A stretch of 64,000 bases of DNA from Treponema sp. Its GTDB lineage: Bacteria; Spirochaetota; Spirochaetia; Treponematales; Breznakiellaceae. Positions 1 through 8,824 of this stretch are shown here, one piece after another; position 1 is the first letter of the stretch; every line of letters starts with the position of its first letter. The DNA is taken from assembly GCA_031266775.1 (NCBI GenBank), contig JAISAQ010000056.1, forward strand, positions 34,655 through 98,654. The letters are read 5' to 3'. A model generated the notes under the pieces. It did no database searches. It worked only from the letters and a program-made list of their open reading frames with translations, and had not been told where the DNA came from. The translations under genes were made by a program, and so were the position numbers.

Positions 1-369
1 TAAATCCTTTTCGGTAACCTTGCGCATATATTCTTTAGCCGCGCCCAATTCGTTAATGAGTCTGAATTGGATGATATCGATCACGTCCTGCCCGCCCAGT
101 CTTAATACGACATATCCAAAACGGGGAATGCTTTTTAAAATCCTCTCATTGCACAAACGGATCAGCGCCTCACGAACCGGGGCCTTGCTGCTCCCGAAAC
201 GGGAAATCAAATATCTTTCAGTGAGGACCCCGTTTTCTTCCGGGGATTCCGTTACCATTCTGAGAATAGAATCATATATTTTATCGGTCATGGTAACCAG
301 ATCGTTTCTTACCGGTATAATGGTAGTATCCGCTTTTATTTCCGTTCTTTCCCCGCCGCCGCTATTCAA
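1..369 (-). CDS. GntR-family winged-helix transcriptional regulator; its 3' end runs off the window
   Basis: My own minus-strand translation (absent from the ORF track because no stop lies in the window): ...TTIIPVRNDLVTMTDKIYDSILRMVTESPEENGVLTERYLISRFGSSKAPVREALIRLCNERILKSIPRFGYVVLRLG... This is the classic GntR HTH pattern. TTG at 369-367 sits 7 nt after AAGGAG (383-378). An alternative ATG lies at 291-289. Confidence 0.7.
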   Translation of the reverse strand, partial: MNSGGGERTEIKADTTIIPVRNDLVTMTDKIYDSILRMVTESPEENGVLTERYLISRFGSSKAPVREALIRLCNERILKSIPRFGYVVLRLGGQDVIDIIQFRLINELGAAKEYMRKVTEKDL

Positions 370-394
370 ACCGAAAACTCCTTTTTTCCGTATC

Positions 395-1097
395 CTATAT
401 GGCGCGTGATTCTTCTATAACCCATTTAAACCGGTTATAATCCACTTCGTCCGGTATTGTACAATCGGCGCCTATAATAAGCCCTTCCTTTCCAAACCGG
501 GATACAAGCTCCCTCGTAAACCGCCGCACCTCTTTTTCCGTCCCGTAAAACAGTACGCCGGGGCGTGTATTCCGGAAACCGCCAAGCACGGTTTTCCCGC
601 CGAAATACTCCCGGCCTTCCTCAAGACTCATGTCCTCCACATAGACCGCCCAGTTAACCACCTTGGCCGGGTAGTCTTTCCAGTTTTCAATTCTGTTCTT
701 TACCCCGGCCCATCCGCACATGTGTATAATGTTATTATCCGAAACATTATTCGCGCGGTTTAAAACATAAAGATCGCTGGGGGTAATCATTTCACGGTAT
801 TCCCGATAGGAAAACCGGTCCAATTCGGCCCCCTGCACGCAATAATAAATTCCGTCGTTTTTTGCCTCGCGGACTATGATCTCCGCCAAAAGGGCGTTAT
901 CCGATTGGATAGGGGAAGTAGCCATCGCACATAACTTTAATAAAGTCCGCGTCAACATCGCGGTAATAGTTTACATGGGCCTGAACACACGCCTCCCCGG
1001 AAGCCTCGTCTCCGGCAAAATGAAACCAAAATCCTGCAGGCACATGATACACCTCTTTTTTGTTCATGGCATTCAGTACCCTTGTATGTTTGTCCAT
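395..1097 (-). pseudogene. Uroporphyrinogen-decarboxylase (URO-D) family protein (MtaA/CmuA-like methyltransferase type), split by a frameshift
   Basis: ORF 897..1097 (MDKHTRVLNAMNKKEVYHVPAGFWFHFAGDE...DADFIKVMCDGYFPYPIG*) is the N-terminus. ORF 395..958 continues from ...SPIQSDNALLAEIIVREAKNDG... to the C-terminus in the adjacent frame. The junction is at a GGGG/CCCC run (912-915). Removing one C gives a continuous ...CDGYFPIQSDNALL... reading frame. Confidence 0.7.
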
Positions 1098-1152
1098 ATA
1101 TCACCGCTTCCTTTTGGAACAGCCTCATGTTACTGAACTTATTAGTAATCAT

Positions 1153-1182
1153 ATCATAAATCATATTAGAAAATACTGTCAA
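1153..1182 (-). promoter_or_regulatory. Sigma70-like promoter for the URO-D/GntR operon
   Basis: On the minus strand: TTGACA (1182-1177), 18 nt, TATGAT (1158-1153). It lies about 55 nt upstream of the ATG at 1097. Confidence 0.4.
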
Positions 1183-1267
1183 GAAAAATTTTTGAAGATT
1201 TCCGGCAATTATCAGGCGCAATGCCGCCGCGCTTTCAACTGTCAGGACCCGCGGCCAACCGGGCCCC

Positions 1268-2467
1268 TTATACCCGCCAGCTTTCCACCGCCTTCATGAA
1301 CGCGGGGCGGGAGGCCCTGATTATTTTCTCGTCGACGCAGTAGGCAAAACGTATCCAGCCGGGTTTTCCGAAGCCGGAGCCGGGGACGCCCAGCACGCGT
1401 TCCTTTTTGAGGCATTCGGCAAAGGCAAGATCGCCGGGCCCGTCCGGGGACGGGCGCTCCGGGACGCGGCAGAAAAAATAAAAGGCACCTTCCGGTTCGG
1501 CGTAAGATATTCCCGAGGCGTCAAGGATCTCCCTGAAGGCGGCGCGGCGGCGGGCGTAGACATCTACGTCCACCCTGGCGAAAGTCAGTTCCGCCACGAT
1601 GCGCTGCATCAGCGCGGGGGCGTTGACAAAACCCAGCACGCGGGTGGCGTACACCAGGCCGTCCACCAGCGCCTCCCATTGTGAAACGCCGGGGTTTACC
1701 GCGATGAAGCCTATGCGTTCACCCGGAAGAGAAAGACTTTTGGAATACGAATACACGAGGATGGATTCATTGTACGCGCTCAGCACGGGGGGAACGGCAA
1801 CGCCGTAGCTTATCTCCCGGTAGGGTTCGTCGGACACGATGTACGGAAAACGGCCCGTTTTTTCCCCGTGCTCCCCAAGCGCGCGGGAAAGGGCGGCGAC
1901 GGTTTCGGCCGGGTAAACGCGGCCTGTGGGATTATTGGGCGAATTGATGATCACGGCGGCGGTTTTAGGCGAGAGTTTCGCGGCGACGGCCCCGACGTCG
2001 ATGTTAAAATCGGGAAGGGCGTCAACTTCCACGATCCTTCCCCCGTGGTTCGCCGTGTAGGGCCGGTACTCCATGAAATAGGGCCTTGTAACGATCACCT
2101 CGTCGCCGGGATTGAGTATGGTCTTGAATACGGTATTGAGGGCGCCCGCCGCGCCTGACGCCATGACAAGATGCGAACCGTCCAGCTTTACCCCCTGTTC
2201 CCGCGAAACCTTCGCGGCGAGGGTTTGGCGCACTTCCGGATATCCGCCGTTGGGCATGTAGCCGTGGGAGCCTTTTTTGTCTTCTTTTGCCAGCTTCAGA
2301 AAAACACGGTGAAAGGCCGGAGGCGGCTCTACATCGGGATTTCCCAGCGAAAAGTCGTACACCTTGTCCGCGCCGTACTGTTTTTTAAGGAGATTTCCTT
2401 CCTCAAACATCCTGCGGATCATCGACGCCGATCCAAGAGCTTCCTGTATGGCCAGAGCTACGGGCAT
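1268..2467 (-). CDS. Class I/II PLP-dependent aminotransferase (aspartate/aromatic type)
   Basis: 399 aa. Motifs: ...DFSLGNPDVEPP..., NSPNNPTGRVY, and YSYSKSLSLPGERIGF (PLP lysine motif). AAGGAG lies 7 nt upstream of the ATG. Confidence 0.85.
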   Translation of the reverse strand: MPVALAIQEALGSASMIRRMFEEGNLLKKQYGADKVYDFSLGNPDVEPPPAFHRVFLKLAKEDKKGSHGYMPNGGYPEVRQTLAAKVSREQGVKLDGSHLVMASGAAGALNTVFKTILNPGDEVIVTRPYFMEYRPYTANHGGRIVEVDALPDFNIDVGAVAAKLSPKTAAVIINSPNNPTGRVYPAETVAALSRALGEHGEKTGRFPYIVSDEPYREISYGVAVPPVLSAYNESILVYSYSKSLSLPGERIGFIAVNPGVSQWEALVDGLVYATRVLGFVNAPALMQRIVAELTFARVDVDVYARRRAAFREILDASGISYAEPEGAFYFFCRVPERPSPDGPGDLAFAECLKKERVLGVPGSGFGKPGWIRFAYCVDEKIIRASRPAFMKAVESWRV

Positions 2468-2560
2468 TACAATCTCCTTCGCGTTTTCAAGCGGAAGTTA
2501 TTCAAAACTCCAGTTATTGAATAACTATACTATACCGCATTATGTGTGGTACGGTAAACC

Positions 2561-3937
2561 ATGAAAGCACAAACCATTCCTACGCTTGCCGAATGTCTTG
2601 CGGCGGCGGACCAGACGCGCGCCCTTGTTACAGGAGAAAACTGTTACGGGGATCTTCCCGGTCTTCTTCAAAAACAATACGGGCGTGACACGGTGTATAT
2701 AACCGCCGACGGCAGTACCTGGAAAGCGGCCGGCGAAAAGGCGAAGAAGATCCTTGAGGAAGCGGGCATACGTGTCGCGGGCGTTCATATTTTCCCCGCC
2801 GAGCCCCGGCTGCACGCCGAATACTACAACATCAAAACCCTGATACAGGCGATCTCCTCTATCCCGGATCATGAACGCCTGGTTCCCGTCGCCGCGGGCG
2901 CCGGAACGGTAAACGATCTGTTAAAACGGGCGGCGTTCGAACTGAAACTTCCCTATCTCTGCCTTCCGACCGCTGCCTCCGTGGACGGCTATACCGCCTT
3001 CGGGGCCTCCATACTCATGGACGGCTTCAAGCAGACCATTCCCTGTACCGCTCCCCTTTCCCTTGCCGCGGATACCGCCGTGCTTGCCGAAGCCCCGGCC
3101 TACCTTTCCTCATCGGGATTCGGGGATCTGGCAAGCAAGATAATCGCCGGATCGGACTGGATACTCGCCGACGAGGCGGGCCGCCTTGGGGCGCCTGATG
3201 CCCACGCGATAAACGAGACGGCGTGGAACATGACACAGCCGGGCCTTATGGATTACCTTCACCGTTCGGTAAACGCGGCGAAGGGCGACAGGGACGCGGT
3301 GAACGCGCTCTTTGAAGCGCTTGCCATTACGGGTTTTTCCATGCAGCACATGAAGAACTCCCGCCCGGTTTCGGGATCGGAACATCTTTTCAGCCATGTG
3401 TGGGAAATGGAAGATCTTTCGGTAAACGGCGTTCCTGTTACCCACGGGCACAAGGTTACCATAGGAACGCTGGCCGCCACGGCCTTTACCGAAATCTTTT
3501 TTGAAAATCCGGACGGCCCTCCCCCGCCGCCAAAAGATTACAGGCGTCCCCTGAGCGGAGAGCGGGAAGCCGAAGCGTCCGCCGCTTTTGCGGGAAGCCG
3601 CGCCCGTGAGGGAGTGGTAAAGACCGCGGCGGAAAAGCTCATGGATGAAAAAACGGCAGAGGCCATTAACGGCCGGTTCCGCGGCTCGTGGAAGGAGATA
3701 CGGGAAAAAATACTCGCGCAGATACTTCCCTACGGCAAACTCAGGGAGATGCTGCTAAGCGCGGGCTGTCCCGTTACGCCCGGAGAAACAGGCCTTACCC
3801 GCGAAAGGGTCATCGCCACCGCCCGCCGGGCCCAGATGATACGGAGCAAGTATTCAATACTCGATCTTGCCTGGGACATGGGATCTTTTGACGCGGTGAT
3901 AAAAAAAATGGAAGCCTCCGGCGTTTATCTCCGGTAA
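2561..3937 (+). CDS. Iron-containing ADH superfamily protein of the sn-glycerol-1-phosphate dehydrogenase (AraM/EgsA-like) type
   Basis: 458 aa. AAGAGTVNDLLKRAA (nucleotide loop), LPTAASVDGYTAFGASI, SGSEHLFSHVWEM and THGHKV metal-ligand motifs resemble AraM/G1PDH rather than classical Fe-ADH. Confidence 0.6.
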   Translation: MKAQTIPTLAECLAAADQTRALVTGENCYGDLPGLLQKQYGRDTVYITADGSTWKAAGEKAKKILEEAGIRVAGVHIFPAEPRLHAEYYNIKTLIQAISSIPDHERLVPVAAGAGTVNDLLKRAAFELKLPYLCLPTAASVDGYTAFGASILMDGFKQTIPCTAPLSLAADTAVLAEAPAYLSSSGFGDLASKIIAGSDWILADEAGRLGAPDAHAINETAWNMTQPGLMDYLHRSVNAAKGDRDAVNALFEALAITGFSMQHMKNSRPVSGSEHLFSHVWEMEDLSVNGVPVTHGHKVTIGTLAATAFTEIFFENPDGPPPPPKDYRRPLSGEREAEASAAFAGSRAREGVVKTAAEKLMDEKTAEAINGRFRGSWKEIREKILAQILPYGKLREMLLSAGCPVTPGETGLTRERVIATARRAQMIRSKYSILDLAWDMGSFDAVIKKMEASGVYLR

Positions 3938-3949
3938 ACGCGCATGAGC

Positions 3950-6448
3950 TTACACAAGCGTCCTTGCTATCCGTACAATGTCGGCGAAGACGCCTCCCGC
4001 GGTTACCTGGGCGCCCGCGCCGGGGCCCTTTATTACCATGGGAAGTTTTGAATACCGGCCGGTGGTAATGACAACGATGTTGTCCGAATCGAAAAGCGTG
4101 CGGAAGGGGCTTCCCTCCTTTTCCGCGCGGAGGGAAAGTTTTGCCGCGCCTTCTTCTATGACGGCCACGTAACGCAGCGCCTTTCCACAGGCGGCCGCGG
4201 CCGCGCGGCGCTCTTCAAAGCCCCGGTCCGTTTTTTCAAGCTCGCGGAAAAAGGCGTCCACGTCTTTTGCCCTGAAGCAGGCGGCGGGAAGTATGGGCTC
4301 CACCGCCACGTTTGAAAATTCCAGATCCATGCCGCATTCCCTGGCAAGGATAAGCGCCTTGCGGGCGGCGTCCATGGCGTTAAGATCGTCTCTGGGGTCA
4401 GGCTCCGTATAGCCCTTTGCCTTTGCCTCCCGTACCAGGGCGGAAAAAGTCTTCGAGCCGTCAAAGTTGTTGAAGATGTAGCTCAGGGTTCCGGAAAGCA
4501 CCGCCTCTATGCGCTTTACCTTGTCCCCGGAAAGAAAGAGATCCCGGAGCGTCGAGATTACCGGGAGGCCCGCGCACACCGTCGTCTCGTACAGATAGGG
4601 AATGCCCCGTTCCCGCGAATAGCCTGTGAGTTCACGGTAGTATTCAAGGGAACCCGCATTGGCCCTCTTGTTGGGGGTAACAACGGGAACGGACGATTTA
4701 AGGATACCCGCGTAGGCCGCGGAAACTTCGTCGCTTGCCGTGCAGTCGCAGAAGGCGGCATTGGGAAGGTTGAGTTCCTTCATCCGCCCGACAAAAGCCC
4801 GGAGGCTGTACGGCTCCGTCTTTTCCGTGTTCTCCTGTGAAAGCAGCGAAGCGGCCCTGCGGGGATCGAGTCCTTCGCGGCGAAAGATCATGCGCCTTGA
4901 GTTGGCGGCCCCGACAAGGTTTATCCGTATCTTGTATTCATCGGCGAGGATTTCCCGGTGCCCGGAGATCTGCTCGAGCAGGGTTCCCCCGATCAGCCCC
5001 GTTCCCGTGAGGAAAAGGTTCACGGAGCGCACGGCGGAAAGAAAGAACGCCTCGTGTATGGCGTTGAGGGCCTTCTCCTCATCCTGACGGGAAATGACCA
5101 GGGAGATGTTGAGTTCCGAGGAACCCTGGGCAATGGCGACGACGTTGACGCCGTTCCGTCCAAGCGCGTGAAAAACCTTGCCCGAAATGCCGGATGTGCT
5201 TTTCATCCGCGAACCGACTACGGCGATTATGGAAAGCCCCGTTTCGCTCACGGGCGGATCAATGCCGCCCGCGGCAATTTCGCGCGAGAACTCTCCCCGG
5301 AGCGCCTCCGCCGCCGCCTCTGCGTCGGAGGGAAGTACGGCGCAGCAGATCGAATACTCGCTTGAACTCTGGGTAATGAGGATGACGTTAATATGGCGCC
5401 TTGCGAGCGCGAGAAAAAGGCGCGAGGAAAAACCCGCGGCGCCTACCATGCCGGAGCCCTGCAGGCGGACAAGGGCGATGTCCCGCATGGAACTGATCCC
5501 CCGTATGGGATAGTCCCCGCCCGCCGCGTCCTTTACTATACGGGTGCCTTCGCATGAAGGATTGAAGGTGTTCCTTATGCGTATGGGGATGCCCTTCTCA
5601 AGCGCCGGCCTGATGGTCGGCGGGTAAATGACCCTCGCGCCGAAGTGGGAAAGCTCCATGGCTTCAACATAGGATATTTCGCCTATTCTGAACGCGTTCT
5701 TCACCAGGCGGGGATCGGCGGTAAGAATGCCGTCAACATCCGTCCAGATCTCTACTTCTTTTACGCCGAGCGCGGCGCCGAAAACGGCCGCGGTCAGATC
5801 CGAACCGCCCCGTCCCAGAGTTGTGGTGCGCCCCTCCGCATCCGATCCTATAAAACCGGTCGTGACAAAGACGCGGCGAAGCCTTTCTCCCCGGGCGCCT
5901 GAAAGGGCCGCCTTTATGTTCCTGAAAGTTTCGGGGAAAAGGACATTGGCCCTGCCTGCATTCCCGTCCGTTTTAAGGAGGGCGCGGGTGTCAAGCGGCG
6001 CAGAGGGAATTCCCGCGGCCGTCAATATACTGGCGTAAAGGGAAGCGGAAAGCCGCTCCCCGAAACTCATCACCAGATCAAGGGTACGGGCCGAAAGTTC
6101 CCCAAGGATAGCGGCGCCGTCAAGGACGCGCAGCAATTCCGAGACAAGGGCGCCCGTTTCCGCGTTCGCTCTTTTTCTGTCTGCGCCGGCAAGAAAACGG
6201 GCGGACAGATCCTTGTGCCGCTTTTCAAGGGCGCGCACGGCGGCGGCATAGGGCTGCCGGGCCTCCGCCGCGCGGGCGGCGGCGATAAGGCCGTCGGTTA
6301 CTCCCGAAAGGGCGGATACCACCATCACAAGAGGCTCCTTCGGGACCAGGCGTTCGCGTACAATTTCAACAATTTTTCCGGCGCCGGCGGCGCTTCCCAC
6401 GGAAGTCCCGCCGAATTTAAGGACCGGTACGGATGATTCACTAGTCAT
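3950..6448 (-). CDS. thrA: Bifunctional aspartokinase / homoserine dehydrogenase
   Basis: 832 aa. N-terminal VLKFGGTSVG kinase motif, central ACT-like region, and a C-terminal GTGLIGGTLLEQI Rossmann fold with the homoserine dehydrogenase catalytic region. Confidence 0.9.
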   Translation of the reverse strand: MTSESSVPVLKFGGTSVGSAAGAGKIVEIVRERLVPKEPLVMVVSALSGVTDGLIAAARAAEARQPYAAAVRALEKRHKDLSARFLAGADRKRANAETGALVSELLRVLDGAAILGELSARTLDLVMSFGERLSASLYASILTAAGIPSAPLDTRALLKTDGNAGRANVLFPETFRNIKAALSGARGERLRRVFVTTGFIGSDAEGRTTTLGRGGSDLTAAVFGAALGVKEVEIWTDVDGILTADPRLVKNAFRIGEISYVEAMELSHFGARVIYPPTIRPALEKGIPIRIRNTFNPSCEGTRIVKDAAGGDYPIRGISSMRDIALVRLQGSGMVGAAGFSSRLFLALARRHINVILITQSSSEYSICCAVLPSDAEAAAEALRGEFSREIAAGGIDPPVSETGLSIIAVVGSRMKSTSGISGKVFHALGRNGVNVVAIAQGSSELNISLVISRQDEEKALNAIHEAFFLSAVRSVNLFLTGTGLIGGTLLEQISGHREILADEYKIRINLVGAANSRRMIFRREGLDPRRAASLLSQENTEKTEPYSLRAFVGRMKELNLPNAAFCDCTASDEVSAAYAGILKSSVPVVTPNKRANAGSLEYYRELTGYSRERGIPYLYETTVCAGLPVISTLRDLFLSGDKVKRIEAVLSGTLSYIFNNFDGSKTFSALVREAKAKGYTEPDPRDDLNAMDAARKALILARECGMDLEFSNVAVEPILPAACFRAKDVDAFFRELEKTDRGFEERRAAAAACGKALRYVAVIEEGAAKLSLRAEKEGSPFRTLFDSDNIVVITTGRYSKLPMVIKGPGAGAQVTAGGVFADIVRIARTLV

Positions 6449-6548
6449 TGCGGGGATATGGTACTATATTCTCCGGCAATTTTATAGTACACTGAAAAGA
6501 ATCAGGGCCATCTTGGGAGAAAAATTCCGGCCCGTTTAAACGGAGTTA

Positions 6549-7637
6549 ATGTACATGCCACTGGAATTGCTTTGCATTCCATCCGCCTTTTTCCTTTCCG
6601 CCGCCGGTGTCGCCCTTGTGCTGGGCCTTTCCCGCAAGTACGCATGGTACGATCATGTCAACGAACGGAAGATCCATACAGGAAGCATCCCCCGGCTCGG
6701 GGGCCTGGGTTTTGCGTCCGTGTTCATACTCGCCGTCCTTGTCACCGCGTTTACCCGTGAAAATTCCACGCGCCTGTTTCCTGTCGCCGCCGGTATGGTT
6801 CTTGTCCTTGGCGCGGGAATCGCGGACGATTTTAAGCCTCTTGCCCCCCGCTTCAAGCTGCTCATACAGATAGCCGCGGCTTCCTGCATCGTCATTTCAG
6901 GTTATACCTTCCGCCGTTTTGCATTCATGGAGCAGGAAGCCTTTTTCCCCGCGTGGATCCGGTATCCTCTGACTTTCCTGTGGATAGTGGGTCTTACCAA
7001 CGCGGTCAATTTCATCGACGGGGTCGACGGGCTCGCGGGGGGCGTCGCTTTCTTTTCCGCCCTTTTCTTTGCCCGGATCTTCACGGTTCTCTCGGGCGGG
7101 CCCGCCGTTTCCCTGTACCTCTGTCTCGCCGCCGTCATCGCCGGTTTCCTGGTCTTCAACACGCCCATCCCCGGCGCGAAAATATTTATGGGGGACGGCG
7201 GAAGCCAGTTTCTCGGTTTTTCCCTCGCCGTTCTTCCCCTTGTCGAAGGCGGGCGCCTTTCCGTTCCGCTGCCGTTTCTGTATTCCGCGGCCCTGCTTGT
7301 CATCCCTATACTGGACACCGTGTCGGCGATCTGGCGGCGTATCCGGGACGGAAAGCGTATAGACAGCCCCGATCAGGCCCATATACACCATAAACTCCTG
7401 AGTATGGGACTTTCCGCCGCGTCCGTTGATCTGGTCATCTGGGCCCTGCATCTTGCCGTCGGATTCTTGGTATACGCGGCTGTACGCATTGGGGGAATTC
7501 TTTCCCTGGCGCTGGTCGGCGCGGCCTACGCCGCGGCGGGGGCCTTTTTTATCACCGTTCATTTCCTTAACAGACAGGGCAGAAAGCTGCGGGACGGGAA
7601 ATATTCCGAGCCAAAGAAGGACAGAAACGCCTCATGA
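6549..7637 (+). CDS. Glycosyltransferase family 4 polyprenyl-phosphate sugar-1-phosphate transferase (WecA/MraY family)
   Basis: 362 aa polytopic membrane protein. Motifs: RKIHTGSIPRLGG, ADDF, NAVNFIDGVDGLAGG, FMGDGGSQFLGF. Confidence 0.85.
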   Translation: MYMPLELLCIPSAFFLSAAGVALVLGLSRKYAWYDHVNERKIHTGSIPRLGGLGFASVFILAVLVTAFTRENSTRLFPVAAGMVLVLGAGIADDFKPLAPRFKLLIQIAAASCIVISGYTFRRFAFMEQEAFFPAWIRYPLTFLWIVGLTNAVNFIDGVDGLAGGVAFFSALFFARIFTVLSGGPAVSLYLCLAAVIAGFLVFNTPIPGAKIFMGDGGSQFLGFSLAVLPLVEGGRLSVPLPFLYSAALLVIPILDTVSAIWRRIRDGKRIDSPDQAHIHHKLLSMGLSAASVDLVIWALHLAVGFLVYAAVRIGGILSLALVGAAYAAAGAFFITVHFLNRQGRKLRDGKYSEPKKDRNAS

Positions 7638-8821
7638 TACAGGAGGAAGGCCCGCCCCCGCGCCGTTACTTTGACTGGGCCGCTACGGCTGTTCCCTTCG
7701 CGCCGCGGGAAACGGATTCGTGGTTCTCAGACTTCGGAAATCCTTCCTCTCCCCATCTTGAAGGGCGCAGAGCGCGGGAATATCTCGAGGACTCAAGGGC
7801 CCGTTCCGCCGCGGTCTTGGGAGTACCTTCACAGACAATTTACTTTACATCGGGAGCAACCGAGTCAAACGCCATAGTCCTTTATTCCCGGCTTCTTGGC
7901 AGGGGAAACGGCCGTATTCTTTATTCCGCGGCGGAACATCCTTCGATACGGGAAAACTGCCGCGTACTTGAAGGGCTGGGAAAACCCGCCGCCGCCATAC
8001 CGGTGGACGGGGACGGCAGGGTGCGGCCGGAAGCGCTTTCCCGGACCCTTGAAAAATACGGGGACGCCCGTTTTGCCGCCGTCATGGCGGTGAACAACGA
8101 AACCGGGGCCGTAACCGACATGGCGGCCATTCGTGATGTTCTGCGAAAACGCGAAGGGCCGCCCGTACACCTGCACTGCGACATTACCCAGGCAGTGGGC
8201 CGGGTGCCTGTGGATCTTTCCCTCTGGGACGCGGATTCGGCGGCGTTAAGCGCCCATAAACTGGGCGGCCCCCGGGGCGCGGGCATCCTCTACCTGAAAA
8301 AACCCGCGCCTGTCCTGTATTCGGGCGGCGGACAGGAGGGGGGAATCAGGCCGGGAACGGAAAATACCAAAGGGGCCCAGGCAACGGCCGCGCTCCTTGA
8401 ACTCCGCGCGTCTTCCGCCGCGGTGCTGAAGGAATACGGCAAGGCGGCCCGGCGCTGGAACACCCTGCTTGACGCCCTCCGCTCCATGGACCGCTGTTCC
8501 CTTATTCCCCAGGGCCGGGCAAACGGAAAGGCCGCGCCGGAGTCTTCATACACGGAGCCTTTTTCACCCTATATCGTACAGGCGGCTTTTTCCGGCATCC
8601 CCGGGGAAGTCATGGTACGGGCGCTGGACGATCTTGGTTTTGCCGTTTCTACCGGGTCCGCCTGCTCTTCCTCATCGCCGGAACGGCCCGTTCTTGCCGC
8701 CATGGGCGTGGCCCCCGGCCGTATCCTTGAAGGAATACGGATATCACAGGGCTGGCTGACCACCGGTGAAGATATAGAAGCCCTCGCCGGGGCCGTCCGG
8801 GAAGTCCTGAAATTCCTCTAG
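7634..8821 (+). CDS. Cysteine desulfurase, aminotransferase class V (NifS/IscS-like)
   Basis: 395 aa. Motifs: SGATESN, ALSAHKLGGPRGAGILY (PLP lysine), STGSACSS (active-site Cys loop). The start overlaps the upstream stop (ATGA). Confidence 0.85.
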   Translation: MIQEEGPPPRRYFDWAATAVPFAPRETDSWFSDFGNPSSPHLEGRRAREYLEDSRARSAAVLGVPSQTIYFTSGATESNAIVLYSRLLGRGNGRILYSAAEHPSIRENCRVLEGLGKPAAAIPVDGDGRVRPEALSRTLEKYGDARFAAVMAVNNETGAVTDMAAIRDVLRKREGPPVHLHCDITQAVGRVPVDLSLWDADSAALSAHKLGGPRGAGILYLKKPAPVLYSGGGQEGGIRPGTENTKGAQATAALLELRASSAAVLKEYGKAARRWNTLLDALRSMDRCSLIPQGRANGKAAPESSYTEPFSPYIVQAAFSGIPGEVMVRALDDLGFAVSTGSACSSSSPERPVLAAMGVAPGRILEGIRISQGWLTTGEDIEALAGAVREVLKFL

Positions 8822-8824
8822 AGT

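Noticed and set aside
20-409. A 129-aa plus-strand ORF at the left edge.
   Set aside because: It lies antisense to a clear GntR HTH reading frame on the minus strand and resembles no protein family.
897-958. A programmed +1 ribosomal frameshift in the URO-D gene.
   Set aside because: There is no prfB-like arrangement of an internal SD followed by a slippery codon and stop. The shift coincides with a C4 homopolymer, which is the usual signature of an indel or sequencing error.
6461-6490. An 8-bp inverted repeat GTACTATA-N14-TATAGTAC between thrA and the GT4 transferase.
   Set aside because: The arms are short and AT-rich and overlap probable -10 elements of the divergent promoters. It cannot be told apart from promoter sequence by eye.
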